Positions 51,224 through 61,195 of a stretch of DNA of 64,000 nucleotides are shown in pieces. Within the stretch, counting starts at the first letter, position 1, and every line of letters begins with the position of its first letter. The translations under genes and the position numbers were made by a program. The stretch spans positions 96,001 to 160,000 of the forward strand of contig CAVPOM010000012.1 in the NCBI GenBank assembly GCA_963707025.1. Direction: 5' to 3'. Source of the stretch: an uncultured Verrucomicrobiae bacterium (lineage in GTDB: Bacteria; Verrucomicrobiota; Verrucomicrobiia; Limisphaerales; Palsa-1400). Below the pieces are notes generated by a model that saw only the letters and a program-made list of their open reading frames with translations, did no database searches and was not told the origin of the DNA.

Positions 51224-51403
51224 ATGGAAGTCCCTGAATCCATCCAATGCCCTTATTGCGGACAACGTTTCGATTTAATGATTGACACCGGCGTCCCCGC
51301 CCAGCGCTTCACCACCGACTGCGAAATCTGTTGCCGTCCGTTCGAGGTCTCCGCCGAATGCGAACCGGGCGAAATCCTGAGCCTGGAAACTTTTGCCGGC
51401 TGA
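51224..51403 (+). CDS. CPXCG-motif cysteine-rich protein
   Basis: Below the ORF cutoff; MEVPESIQCPYCGQRF...DCEICCRPF..., 59 aa. Confidence 0.85.
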   Translation: MEVPESIQCPYCGQRFDLMIDTGVPAQRFTTDCEICCRPFEVSAECEPGEILSLETFAG

Positions 51404-51475
51404 GAAGCTGTCCCGCGCGATTAAGAATTCGGACATTTCACCCTGGCCCATGCCTCCTTCACGCTTGCCCAACCC

Positions 51476-52108
51476 ATGCTGAAAATCGCCACCGCCCTCT
51501 TCGTTTTCCTCGGCGGATTCTCCGTCATGGTGTTGGAGGTCGTCGGCACGCGCTATCTGGCGGCGGATTTCGGCGATTCGTTCTATGTTTGGATCAGCCA
51601 GATTGGCGTGATTCTCATCGCCCTGGCCCTGGGCTACGCCATCGGCGGCGCGCTCGCCGACCGCTTTCAACGCGCCGCTTTCCTGGCCGTGCCCATGGCC
51701 GTGGCGGGATTGTTCATCTTTTTCATTCCCAAATTCGCCCCGCCGTTGCTCGATGCCATCACCAGCCGCCATCCCGGGGCCGACATCCCGGAGCTCTGGA
51801 GAAAATTGGACCCGGTGCTGGGCAGCGCCGTGGTGTTTTTTCTGCCCTGCTTTGTCCTGGCCGTTATTTCTCCCTACATGGTCCGCGTGGCGGCGCGCCG
51901 CCTGGACCGGGTGGGAACGATCAGCGGCCTGATTTACGCCGCCAGCACCGTCGGCAGCATCGCCGGCGTTTTTGTCTCCGGTTACATTTTCATTCAATAT
52001 CTCCACATCACGACCATCTTCCGGGCGACGGGCCTGGTCACCCTGTTTCTGGCCGGGTTGAGCCTGGCGATGGACAAATGGCTCAGGCCGCCAGAACCCG
52101 ATAAATAG
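51476..52108 (+). CDS. Membrane domain of the fused MFS/spermidine-synthase family
   Basis: MVLEVVGTR..FG.S..VW, LALGY..GG.LADR, IYAASTVGSIAG. Confidence 0.85.
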   Translation: MLKIATALFVFLGGFSVMVLEVVGTRYLAADFGDSFYVWISQIGVILIALALGYAIGGALADRFQRAAFLAVPMAVAGLFIFFIPKFAPPLLDAITSRHPGADIPELWRKLDPVLGSAVVFFLPCFVLAVISPYMVRVAARRLDRVGTISGLIYAASTVGSIAGVFVSGYIFIQYLHITTIFRATGLVTLFLAGLSLAMDKWLRPPEPDK

Positions 52109-52186
52109 ACCAACAAACCGGAAATGGAGCGCCGTAACTTCCAACCTGCCATCCGCGTCTTGCCCCATGAGAGGAACTTTGTTAAA

Positions 52187-53144
52187 ATGAATCGCATGAA
52201 CCGGCATCAACTCAGCAGTCCCTCCCCCGTCCCTGGCCTCTGGCTCCTCGGTCTGGCCGTCCTGCTCACCCCTTGGAGCGGCCGGGCGCAAACGGGCAAG
52301 CAGGTGGTCTTCGAGCGCATCTCCCAATATCATCACATCCAGGTCTATGACGAGGAAGGCATCCGCACCCTCAGCTTCAACGGTTCCTGGGAGACCAAGA
52401 TGTCCCTGGCCGACCCGTTGACCGGACATTTCGAATATACCGAGTACTTTCAGATGCCGTTCATTTGGAATCCAGACATCAAGCGTATCCTGATGGCGGG
52501 GCTGGGCGGGGGCAGCACCCAGCGCGCCTACCAGCACTACTTCACCAACGTGATGGTGGACACGGTGGAAATTGACCCGGTCGTGGTGGAGGTCGCCGAG
52601 AAATACTTCCATGTCACCAACAGCCCCACCCTGCGGATGCACACCAACGACGCCCGCCAATTCCTGCGGCGCACCACCAACACCTATGAACGTCATCCTG
52701 ATGGACGCCTACTCCACCACCCGCTACGGCTCCTCCCTGCCGCCGCACCTGACCACCAAGGAATTCTTCACCCTGGCCAGCGAGCACCTGGCCACCAACG
52801 GCGTGCTCGCCTACAACGTCATCGGCCAAATCACCGGCTCGCGCGAAAATCTCGTCGCCGCCTTGTATAAAACCATGAATGAAGTTTTCCCCCAGGTCTA
52901 TCTTTTCCCGGCGGAAGAAAGCCGCAACGTGGTGTTTATCGCCACCAAGGACAAGGCGCCAGTTACCTGGTCCCAAGTCCAGGCAGAGGGCAACGCCCGC
53001 ATCCGCGCCGGAGTCGTGACCCTGCCCACCTTTGCCGTCCGCCTGCGAAACTTCGTCAACCGCCCTCCGCCCAGCGCCGCCACCTCCAAAATTCTCACCG
53101 ACGACTACTCGCCGATTGAAAGCCTGATGGAAGACTCCAAGTAA
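52187..53144 (+). CDS. Spermidine synthase-like SAM-dependent transferase (frameshift near 52690)
   Basis: GLGGG, VEIDPVVVEVA, DARQFL, then VILMDAY, HLTTKEFF, LTDDYSP. Confidence 0.85.
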
Positions 53145-53172
53145 ACATTTCATCATTTAAACCCGAGGTGAT

Positions 53173-54828
53173 ATGGCCATTCCCACGGTGGGCGAATTCC
53201 TGTTCGATTACCTCTACGACAAGGGCGTGACGCACGCCTTCGGGCTGCCGGGCGATTTCGCCCTGCCCATCTTCCGCTGGCTGGACCGCTCCAAAATCAA
53301 GCTCATCACCATGACGCATGAGCCTTCCGTCGGCTTTGCCGCCGACGGCTATGCGCGCATCAAGGGCTTGGGCGTGGCCTGCGTCACTTACTGCGTCGGC
53401 GGGCTGAATATGCTCAATCCGGTGGCCTGCGCTTACGCGGAAAAAAGCCGGGTGCTGGTCATCTCCGGCGGGCCGGGCATCAACGACCGCCAGCTCGATC
53501 CCCTGCTCCATCATAAAGTCCGCACCTTCGACACCCAGCGCCGCATCTTCGAGGAAGTCACCTGCGCCACCGCTGTGCTCATGGACGCGGCCACCGCCGC
53601 CTCCGAAATCATGCGCGTCGTCCAGGAAGTGCAGGCCCAGTGCCGGCCGGGCTATATCGAAATCCCCTATGATATTGTGGACCAGCCGATCCACCTGCCC
53701 CACCTCCGCAAATCACCTTTGCCCGTCAGCGACCCCGAGAATCTGGATGCCTGCCTCAAGGAGGCGGCCGAGATGATTGGCCGCGCCCGCCAGCCGGTCA
53801 TCGTCGCGGACGTCGAGCTGCACCGTCATGGCCTGACCGACCTGGCGGTGGCGATGGCCGAAAAATTCCACATCCCCATTGCCGCGACCCTCCTTTCCAA
53901 AAGCGTCATCAGCGAAACCCATCCCAATTACATCGGCGTCTATAGCGGCGGAATGTCCGAGCCGGCCTGCCAGAATTACGTCGAAACCAGCGACTGCGCC
54001 ATTCTGCTGGGCGCGTTCATCTCCGATGTCTTCCTGGGGCTGAACACTGCCAAGCTTGACCGCAAAAACTGCATTCTGGCCACCACCGAGAAAACCCGCA
54101 TCGGGCTGCACGGCTACGATCACATTATCTTGAAGGATTTCCTGCAGGGGTTGCGCGAGGCGCCCATCCGGCCCAAGCCGCCGCTTATAAATCCCAACCC
54201 GGCGGCCCGGCTCAAGCCCTTGACCTCCAAAGAACGCGCCGAACCCCTCGATGTCGAATCCTTTTTCCGCATCGTCGGGCTGACCATGAAAGAAGGCAGC
54301 AACGTCGTGTGCGACACGGGCGACGCCCTGATTGGCGCCATCGGGCTGCGCACCTCCCAGCGCAACAACTTCCTCGCCGCCGCCTACTACCTGTCCATGG
54401 GCTTTGCCGCGCCCGCGGCCATCGGCGCCATGGCCGCCGACCCGACCGGCCGCACCATCGCCATCATCGGCGACGGCGCCTTCCAGATGACGGGCCTGGA
54501 ACTTTCCACCGCCGCCAAGGAGGGATTCAAGCCGATTGTCTGCATCATCAACAACGACGGTTACGGGACGCAGCGCCATATTATTGACGGTAAGTTCAAC
54601 AACATTCATCCGTGGAAATACACCAAAATCTGCGGCCTGCTCGGTTACGGCCGGGCCGCGCGGGTCGCCAGCAAAGGCGGGCTGGAGACCGTGCTCAAAA
54701 AGGCCTTTGCCGATGAGAGCCAGATGTACCTGATCGAGGCCGTCGTGCCGCGCGACGATTGCAGCCACGCTCTCCTGCGCTTTGCCACCCAAATGGCCAA
54801 GGAAAGGGATGTGAACAAGAGGGGATAA
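53173..54828 (+). CDS. TPP-dependent alpha-keto acid decarboxylase (pyruvate/indolepyruvate decarboxylase family)
   Basis: FGLPGDF, HE..FAADGYAR, LLHH, GDGAFQMTGLE..NNDGY. Confidence 0.92.
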   Translation: MAIPTVGEFLFDYLYDKGVTHAFGLPGDFALPIFRWLDRSKIKLITMTHEPSVGFAADGYARIKGLGVACVTYCVGGLNMLNPVACAYAEKSRVLVISGGPGINDRQLDPLLHHKVRTFDTQRRIFEEVTCATAVLMDAATAASEIMRVVQEVQAQCRPGYIEIPYDIVDQPIHLPHLRKSPLPVSDPENLDACLKEAAEMIGRARQPVIVADVELHRHGLTDLAVAMAEKFHIPIAATLLSKSVISETHPNYIGVYSGGMSEPACQNYVETSDCAILLGAFISDVFLGLNTAKLDRKNCILATTEKTRIGLHGYDHIILKDFLQGLREAPIRPKPPLINPNPAARLKPLTSKERAEPLDVESFFRIVGLTMKEGSNVVCDTGDALIGAIGLRTSQRNNFLAAAYYLSMGFAAPAAIGAMAADPTGRTIAIIGDGAFQMTGLELSTAAKEGFKPIVCIINNDGYGTQRHIIDGKFNNIHPWKYTKICGLLGYGRAARVASKGGLETVLKKAFADESQMYLIEAVVPRDDCSHALLRFATQMAKERDVNKRG

Positions 54829-54840
54829 GACCCCACACGG

Positions 54841-55143
54841 TTAATCCAGCGACACGCAGGATTCGATCTCGGCGTAGGTGAAAGGGACGCCGGCCAGCGT
54901 CAGAGCCAGGTTTCTGATTTGGTTTTCTTCGATGAAGAGGACCTCGTTGAGCAGGCGCAATTTGCCGCGCAGCCGGATGCCGCCGCGCAGCCAGACTTCC
55001 GCTTCGCGCCCTATCGGCAGGTTCAGCCGTCGCGCCGCCTCGTCCGACGCCATCTGTCGCACGGCCACCCATTGCGCGTAACCAGTTTCGCTCCCGCTGG
55101 CTTGGAAGCCGAATTCGCCTTGGAGAGGACTGGAATGCGTCAT
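54841..55143 (-). CDS. Hypothetical protein
   Basis: 100 aa, LPIGREAEVWLRGG..RGKL; plausible coding composition. Confidence 0.6.
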   Translation of the reverse strand: MTHSSPLQGEFGFQASGSETGYAQWVAVRQMASDEAARRLNLPIGREAEVWLRGGIRLRGKLRLLNEVLFIEENQIRNLALTLAGVPFTYAEIESCVSLD

Positions 55144-55216
55144 AAATTGCCAGCCATCGAACACGCAAAGCGCCGGAAAGTCATCTCCGAAATGGAGGAA
55201 GCGGCAACGCCGCCGG

Positions 55217-55281
55217 TTTTGGAGTGCGGGAGCTTGCTCCCGCTTTGGAAAGCGGTGCCGACCTGTCGGCACACTCCAAAG
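55217..55281. repeat. GGAG-type REP doublet
   Basis: TTTGGAGTGCGGGAGCTTGCTCCCGC ... GTGCCGACCTGTCGGCACACTCCAAA. Confidence 0.7.
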
Positions 55282-55598
55282 GAATGCGCGCCCTGCCTTT
55301 CGCGGTCCACCCATCAAGAACGGATGAGCAGGGCGGAGGCCTGGAGCAATTTAGGGGAAATAATTCGCAAAAGAAGGCTCGTCTTTTGCCGGTCCGGCCA
55401 CTATTTTCAGCGGTTCATGGCTGCCATTCAACCCAACAAGGAATTCAGGCTCGTTGCAAAGTTTGCGGTGCGCAATCCGAACGGAGCTTGGAAAACCAGT
55501 CCAGCCCGTTGCCAAGTTCCGGGTTGGAGAAAGCAAACCGATCAACTGCCCGCCGATCTTGCTTGCGTCATCCATGAAATTGTACAAACATCCACTAT

Positions 55599-56936
55599 AT
55601 GAATCGCCGTATCTTGCTTTGGTCCATCACCTCGGCGCTGGCCGGGTTTCTCTTTGGATTTGACACGGTGGTCATATCCGGAGCCGAAAAAACCATCCAG
55701 GCGCTTTGGGGCCTAAGCCCCGAAATCCACGGCATCGCGATGGGCGCGGCCCTCTACGGCACGGTCCTGGGTTCCTTGGTGGGGGGTTGGCCGACCGACC
55801 GGTTCGGACGCAAAGCCACGCTGCTCTGTATTGGCCTCTTTTACTTGGTCGGCGCCATCTGGTCGGGTCTGGCCACGGATGTCGTTGGCTTCATTATCGC
55901 GCGGGCGATAGGCGGTCTGGGCATCGGCATCTCCACGGTGGTGGCCCCGCTTTACATCTCGGAAATAGCGCCGCCGAAATATCGCGGACGGCTGGCGGGC
56001 ATGTTTCAATTCAACATTGTCTTCGGCATCCTGGTCGCCTACCTGTCCAACAGGCTGCTGGCCGGGGTTGGCGCCAATGCCTGGCGCTGGATGCTCGGCG
56101 TGGCTGCCTTTCCTTCTTTGATCTATACCGTCCTCTGTTTCAGTCTTCCAGAGAGTCCGCGTTGGCTGCTGGTGCGGAAAGGCAACCGCGAGGAAGGTCT
56201 GAAAGTGCTCCGGCTGATTGAGCCGCAAGCGCCGCAAGCCGCGATTGAAGCGGAAGCGGACGGGATTGTGGCGGCATCCTCGGGACAGACCACCAGCGCG
56301 CCTTTCTGGACGATGCGCCTGCGCATCCCCATCCTGCTGGCCATTCTCATCGCCTTTTTCAACCAACTGTCCGGCATCAATGCGATTCTCTACTACGCTC
56401 CGCGCATATTTGAGCTGGCGGGACTGACTGAGAAAGCCGCCCTGCTTCAATCCGTCGGGATTGGCGTGACTAATTTCATCTTCACTTTTGTCGGCCTGTA
56501 TCTGATTGACCGGCTGGGCCGGCGGACGTTGCTCTACATCGGGTCCTTTGGCTACATCATATCGCTGAGTCTGGTGGCCTGGGCCTTTTTCACCGCCCAT
56601 TACAGCTTCGTCCCGGTGTGCATCTTCGCCTTCATCGCCGCGCACGCCGTCGGGCAGGGAGCGGTCATCTGGGTCTTCATCGCCGAGATTTTCCCCAACC
56701 GCCATCGGGCCGAGGGCCAGGCGCTGGGTTGCGGCACCCACTGGGTCTTCTGCGCCCTGCTTGCCAGCTTCTTTCCGAAAATGGCCGACGTGTTCAAAGG
56801 CCAGCCCGGCTACATCTTCGTGTTCTTTGCCGGTATGATGGTTCTCCAGCTCATCTGGGTGGCCACGATGGTTCCGGAAACCAAAGGCGTGCCGCTGGAG
56901 CAAATGCAAAAACAACTGGGAGTAGCGGAAGCCTGA
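55599..56936 (+). CDS. Sugar porter family MFS transporter
   Basis: GFLFGFD, DRFGRK, YISEIAP, PESPRWL, NQLSGIN, PETKG. Confidence 0.96.
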   Translation: MNRRILLWSITSALAGFLFGFDTVVISGAEKTIQALWGLSPEIHGIAMGAALYGTVLGSLVGGWPTDRFGRKATLLCIGLFYLVGAIWSGLATDVVGFIIARAIGGLGIGISTVVAPLYISEIAPPKYRGRLAGMFQFNIVFGILVAYLSNRLLAGVGANAWRWMLGVAAFPSLIYTVLCFSLPESPRWLLVRKGNREEGLKVLRLIEPQAPQAAIEAEADGIVAASSGQTTSAPFWTMRLRIPILLAILIAFFNQLSGINAILYYAPRIFELAGLTEKAALLQSVGIGVTNFIFTFVGLYLIDRLGRRTLLYIGSFGYIISLSLVAWAFFTAHYSFVPVCIFAFIAAHAVGQGAVIWVFIAEIFPNRHRAEGQALGCGTHWVFCALLASFFPKMADVFKGQPGYIFVFFAGMMVLQLIWVATMVPETKGVPLEQMQKQLGVAEA

Positions 56937-56964
56937 GCATGAGCTTCAACATGGATTGACGATT

Positions 56965-59900
56965 ATGAAGTTGACGAGACGAACAATGGCCTGGTTTGGT
57001 TCCGCCGCGGTTGGCGCGGCCTGGGCGGGCGGCACGGCGGCGGCGGACATCACCAACGCCCCGGATTTGGCGCATCAACCGACGCTTTACGCCGTTGGCT
57101 ACGCGCATCTGGACACAGAATGGCGCTGGGAATACCCGGAGGTGATCAGCAATTACCTCCGCCGAACGCTGGTGGATAATTTTGCCCTGTTTGAAAAGTA
57201 CCCGCATTACATCTTCAATTTCACCGGAGCTTATCGCTACAAGTTGTTCAAGGAATACTATCCGGATCTGTACGAGAAGCTGAAGACCTGCATCGCGGCG
57301 GGGCGGTGGTATCCGAACGGCTCGTCGGTGGATGAAACCGACGTGAACAATCCGTCCGCGGAATCCATCGTCCGCAACGTGCTGTATGGCAATGAGTATT
57401 TTCGCCACGAATTTGGCACGGCCAGCGCGGAGTTCATGCTGCCGGACTGCTTTGGTTTCCCGGCCTCGCTGCCGAGCATCCTGGCGCATGCCGGGGTGAA
57501 GGCATTTTCAACGCAGAAACTGACCTGGGGCGGCTCGGCGGCGACCGGAGGTCCCGGCTCGGTGGAAAACACGCCGCGCAGCATCCCCTTCAACGTGGGG
57601 GTGTGGGAAGGACCCAACGGGCAAAGCGTGCTGGCGGCGCTCAACCCGGGAGCTTACGACGGTCATATCACCACCGATCTGAGCACCGACCGAAGTTGGA
57701 CCAACCGGATCAACCTGGACGGCAAGGTGAGCGGGGTCTTTGCCGATTATCATTATTATGGCACGGGCGACAGGGGCGGCGCTCCGCCGGATGCGGACGC
57801 GAGGATGATCGAAGCCATTGTGGACAAGACCAAGACAACGCTGCCCTCGCGGGGGCGCGGCGGGCGGGGACGCGGCCAAGCGGCCAATGCGGCCAATGCG
57901 GCCACCAACCAAGCCAGCCAGGAGGTGCAGATGGGCGAGGGGCCGGTGCGGGTGATTTCCTCCAAGGCGGACCAGATGTTTTTGGACATTTTGGCAATGA
58001 AGCCCGATCCGACCCCCGGTTTGCCGCGCTGGAAGGGCGACCTGGAAATGACCGATCATGGCGTCGGCGCCTATAGCTCCGAGGCGTATCACAAGCGGTG
58101 GAACCGCAAGAAGGAATTGCTGGCGGACGCCGCCGAGAAATCGTCCGTGGCGGCCCAGTGGCTGGGCGGACGCCCCTATCCGCAGCAACGGCTGACGGAC
58201 GCCTGGATGCTGCTGCTGGCCGGCCAGATGCATGACATCCTGCCCGGCACGGCCACGCCCCTGGCCTACGAATATGCGTGGAATGACGACGCGATCGTGA
58301 TGAACCAGTTCTCCGCGGTGCTGGCCAGCGCGACCGAGGCGGTGGCTTCCGCCCTGAACACCCAGGCCAAAGGGACGGCCATTGTCGTGTATAATCCCTT
58401 GAACATCGCGCGCCAAGACGTGGTCAGGGCAACCATCGCTTTCCCGGCGGGAGCGCCGGCCGGGGTTCGGGTGCTCGGGCCGGATGGCAAGGAAGTGCCC
58501 GCCCAACGGGAGGGGGGCAAAGTCCTGTTCCTGGCCAAGGTGCCTTCGGTGGGTTACGCCGTCTATGATGTTCAGCCGGCGGCGCCCTCGCCAGGGCAGG
58601 CCACCGCCACTGCCGCGCTGAAAGTGACCGAGTCCTCGCTGGAGAACGCCCGCTATCGCGTGCAGTTGGACACCAACGGCGACGTTGCCAGCCTGTTCGA
58701 CAAGCTGGTCAACAAGGAACTCTTGTCCGCCCCGGTGCGGCTGGCGATCAAGACCGACAACCCGCCAAGCTGGCCGGCGTGGAACATGGATTACAGCCAG
58801 CAAATCGCGCCGCCACGCGCTTTCGTCGAAGGGCCCGCCAAGGTGCGGATCGCCGAGAATGGACCGGCCCGGGTCGCGCTGGAAGTGGTGAGGGAAACGG
58901 AAGGGTCCACCTTCGCGCAGACCATCCGCCTGTCCGCGGGCGAGGCGGGCAACCGCCTGGAGTTTGCCAACGTCATAGACTGGAAGAGCAGCAATTGCAA
59001 TTTGAAGGTGACCTTTCCATTGAGCGCGTCCAATCCGATGGCGACCTATAATTGGGATGTGGGAACCATTCAACGCTCCACCGATGAACCCAGGAATTAT
59101 GAATTGCCCTCGCACCAGTGGGTTGATTTGACCGACACCAACGGCGCTTATGGCGCGACCGTGCTGACCGATTGCAAGAACGGGTCGGACAAACCGGACG
59201 ACCACACCCTGCGCCTGACCCTGATCCGCACGCCCGGCTCCAGGGGAGGCTATCGCGACCAGGCCACACAGGATTTGGGTCATCACGAAATTGTTTATGG
59301 ACTGGCCGGGCACGCCGGGGACTGGCGGAAGGAACAGACTGACTGGCAGGGCGAACGCCTGAACCAGCCGCTGATCGCTTTCGAAAGTTCCAAGCACTCC
59401 GGGAAACTGGGCAAGACGTTTTCCCTGCTGAAACTGGACAACAGCCGGGTGCGGGTTCTGGCCCTGAAAAAGGCCGAGAAGAGCGGCGAGTTGATTGTGC
59501 GCGTGGTGGAAATGGAAGGCCAGGCGCAGAAGGCCGTTCACCTCTCCTTCGCCGCAGCGGTGACCGCCGCAAGGGAAGTCAACGGCCAGGAGGAACCTCT
59601 GGGCAAAGCCACCCTCACGCGGGGCGGCTTGGTGACGGATTTTACGCCTTACCAAATTCACACCTTTGCCGTCACGCTGGCGGGGGCGCCGGCCAAAGTG
59701 GCCGCGCCGCGCTTCGCCGCGGTCCCGTTGCGCTACGATCGCGCGGTGGCCACGAAAACCGGGGAGGCCTCGACCAACGGCTTTGATGGCGCCGGCGGCA
59801 GCCTGCCGGCGGAGATGTTGCCGGGCAAAATTGCTTACGATGGCATCGAGTTTCAATTGGCTCCGGCCGCCACCGGCCAGCCCAACGCCGTGGTCCCTCG

Positions 59901-60387
59901 CGGACAACAGATCGCGCTGCCGCCGGGCAAGTTCCAACGGCTCTACCTGCTGGCGGCGGCGGCGGGCGGCGATCAAAAGGCGGTCTTTCGCGTCGGCGAC
60001 AGTCCGTCGGAATTGACGGTGCAGGACTGGGGCGGATTCATCGGGCAATGGGACTGCCGCATCTGGAATTCGAGGTCGCGCACCGGAGATGGACGGTTTG
60101 CCGGCTTCGCCGGATTGACCCCGGGCTTCATCAAGCGCGCGCCGCTGGCCTGGTACTGCACCCACCACCACACCCCGGACGGCGCGAACGATCCTTACGC
60201 CTACTCCTACCTGTTCGCCTACGCCGTGGAAATGCCTGCCAGGGCCAAAACGCTGACTCTGCCGGACAATCCGAACATCCGCATTCTGGCCGCCACCGTG
60301 GCCGAGGAAGGCAGCCGGGTCCGTCCGGCCCAGCCATTGTATGATACTTTGAAAAACCTTGACGGGGACGGAGGGAGCGGGGATTAA
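56965..60387 (+). CDS. Glycoside hydrolase family 38 alpha-mannosidase
   Basis: AHLDTEWRW, LPDCFG, YGTGD.GG, QMHDILPG. Confidence 0.95.
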   Translation: MKLTRRTMAWFGSAAVGAAWAGGTAAADITNAPDLAHQPTLYAVGYAHLDTEWRWEYPEVISNYLRRTLVDNFALFEKYPHYIFNFTGAYRYKLFKEYYPDLYEKLKTCIAAGRWYPNGSSVDETDVNNPSAESIVRNVLYGNEYFRHEFGTASAEFMLPDCFGFPASLPSILAHAGVKAFSTQKLTWGGSAATGGPGSVENTPRSIPFNVGVWEGPNGQSVLAALNPGAYDGHITTDLSTDRSWTNRINLDGKVSGVFADYHYYGTGDRGGAPPDADARMIEAIVDKTKTTLPSRGRGGRGRGQAANAANAATNQASQEVQMGEGPVRVISSKADQMFLDILAMKPDPTPGLPRWKGDLEMTDHGVGAYSSEAYHKRWNRKKELLADAAEKSSVAAQWLGGRPYPQQRLTDAWMLLLAGQMHDILPGTATPLAYEYAWNDDAIVMNQFSAVLASATEAVASALNTQAKGTAIVVYNPLNIARQDVVRATIAFPAGAPAGVRVLGPDGKEVPAQREGGKVLFLAKVPSVGYAVYDVQPAAPSPGQATATAALKVTESSLENARYRVQLDTNGDVASLFDKLVNKELLSAPVRLAIKTDNPPSWPAWNMDYSQQIAPPRAFVEGPAKVRIAENGPARVALEVVRETEGSTFAQTIRLSAGEAGNRLEFANVIDWKSSNCNLKVTFPLSASNPMATYNWDVGTIQRSTDEPRNYELPSHQWVDLTDTNGAYGATVLTDCKNGSDKPDDHTLRLTLIRTPGSRGGYRDQATQDLGHHEIVYGLAGHAGDWRKEQTDWQGERLNQPLIAFESSKHSGKLGKTFSLLKLDNSRVRVLALKKAEKSGELIVRVVEMEGQAQKAVHLSFAAAVTAAREVNGQEEPLGKATLTRGGLVTDFTPYQIHTFAVTLAGAPAKVAAPRFAAVPLRYDRAVATKTGEASTNGFDGAGGSLPAEMLPGKIAYDGIEFQLAPAATGQPNAVVPRGQQIALPPGKFQRLYLLAAAAGGDQKAVFRVGDSPSELTVQDWGGFIGQWDCRIWNSRSRTGDGRFAGFAGLTPGFIKRAPLAWYCTHHHTPDGANDPYAYSYLFAYAVEMPARAKTLTLPDNPNIRILAATVAEEGSRVRPAQPLYDTLKNLDGDGGSGD

Positions 60388-60443
60388 ACCGGCTGAGCCT
60401 AAAACCCTTTAAACCAAAAACGCAACATTCACCAAAAAATACT

Positions 60444-61184
60444 ATGAAAAAAAGTCTGTTCTTCGTCGCTCTCTGCGCCACCCTGGCCGCGGTGAGCAGT
60501 TCCAAAGCTTCCCCTGCTGCCGGAGAGGGGGCGGCGGCCGCCAAGGAAACAGGCTCCTCCAAGGGAGAGGGCGACATCAAAATCATGGTGGACCGCAATG
60601 AGAGCAGCGATGCCACCGACAAATTCAAGTTCAAGCGGGTTCCCTCCCCGTCCAAGACCGACGCCGCCACCCACGCCAAGTTCTATCTGGTGACCGGCGA
60701 GCAGGACGGCAACGGCGGAGGCCTGGAAAAACTGCACGACGGCCTGCTGCCCGGCGGGGAGGACACGCCGGAGGATAACTTCTTTTTCAACGCCGGCACC
60801 GATGGCGGACGCATCGGGATTGACTTGACCAACGCGATGGATATTGCCCAGATCAACACCTATTCCTGGCACCCCAACACCCGCGGCCCGCAGGTCTATA
60901 AACTCTACGCCAGCGATGGCACGGCGGCCGACTTCAAGCCCAGGCCCGACGGGAGCACCGACCCGGTCAAGGCTGGCTGGAAACTTCTGGCCAGCGTGGA
61001 CACGCGCCCCAAGGGCGTCGAGGCGGGCGACGAGTATGGCGGCCAATATGGCGTTTCCGTCACCTCGGCCGGCGGGCTGGTCGGCCACTACCGTTATCTT
61101 TTGTTTGACTGCGCGACGACGGAAAGGGACAAGGACGATTTCGGCAACACCTTTTACAGCGAAATTGACGTGGTCGCCAAATAG
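60444..61184 (+). CDS. Secreted beta-sandwich (discoidin-like) protein
   Basis: Signal peptide; LHDG, IDL, INTYSWH, YKLYAS, SEIDV; directly upstream of the BSP gene. Confidence 0.6.
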   Translation: MKKSLFFVALCATLAAVSSSKASPAAGEGAAAAKETGSSKGEGDIKIMVDRNESSDATDKFKFKRVPSPSKTDAATHAKFYLVTGEQDGNGGGLEKLHDGLLPGGEDTPEDNFFFNAGTDGGRIGIDLTNAMDIAQINTYSWHPNTRGPQVYKLYASDGTAADFKPRPDGSTDPVKAGWKLLASVDTRPKGVEAGDEYGGQYGVSVTSAGGLVGHYRYLLFDCATTERDKDDFGNTFYSEIDVVAK

Positions 61185-61195
61185 GAGCCGCCGCC

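Noticed and set aside
57508..60171. 887 aa minus-strand ORF, and similar long ORFs at 8732-10855, 27768-29387, 13562-14989 and 5949-7391
   Set aside because: Antisense shadows of well-supported genes in GC-rich DNA; no recognisable motifs.
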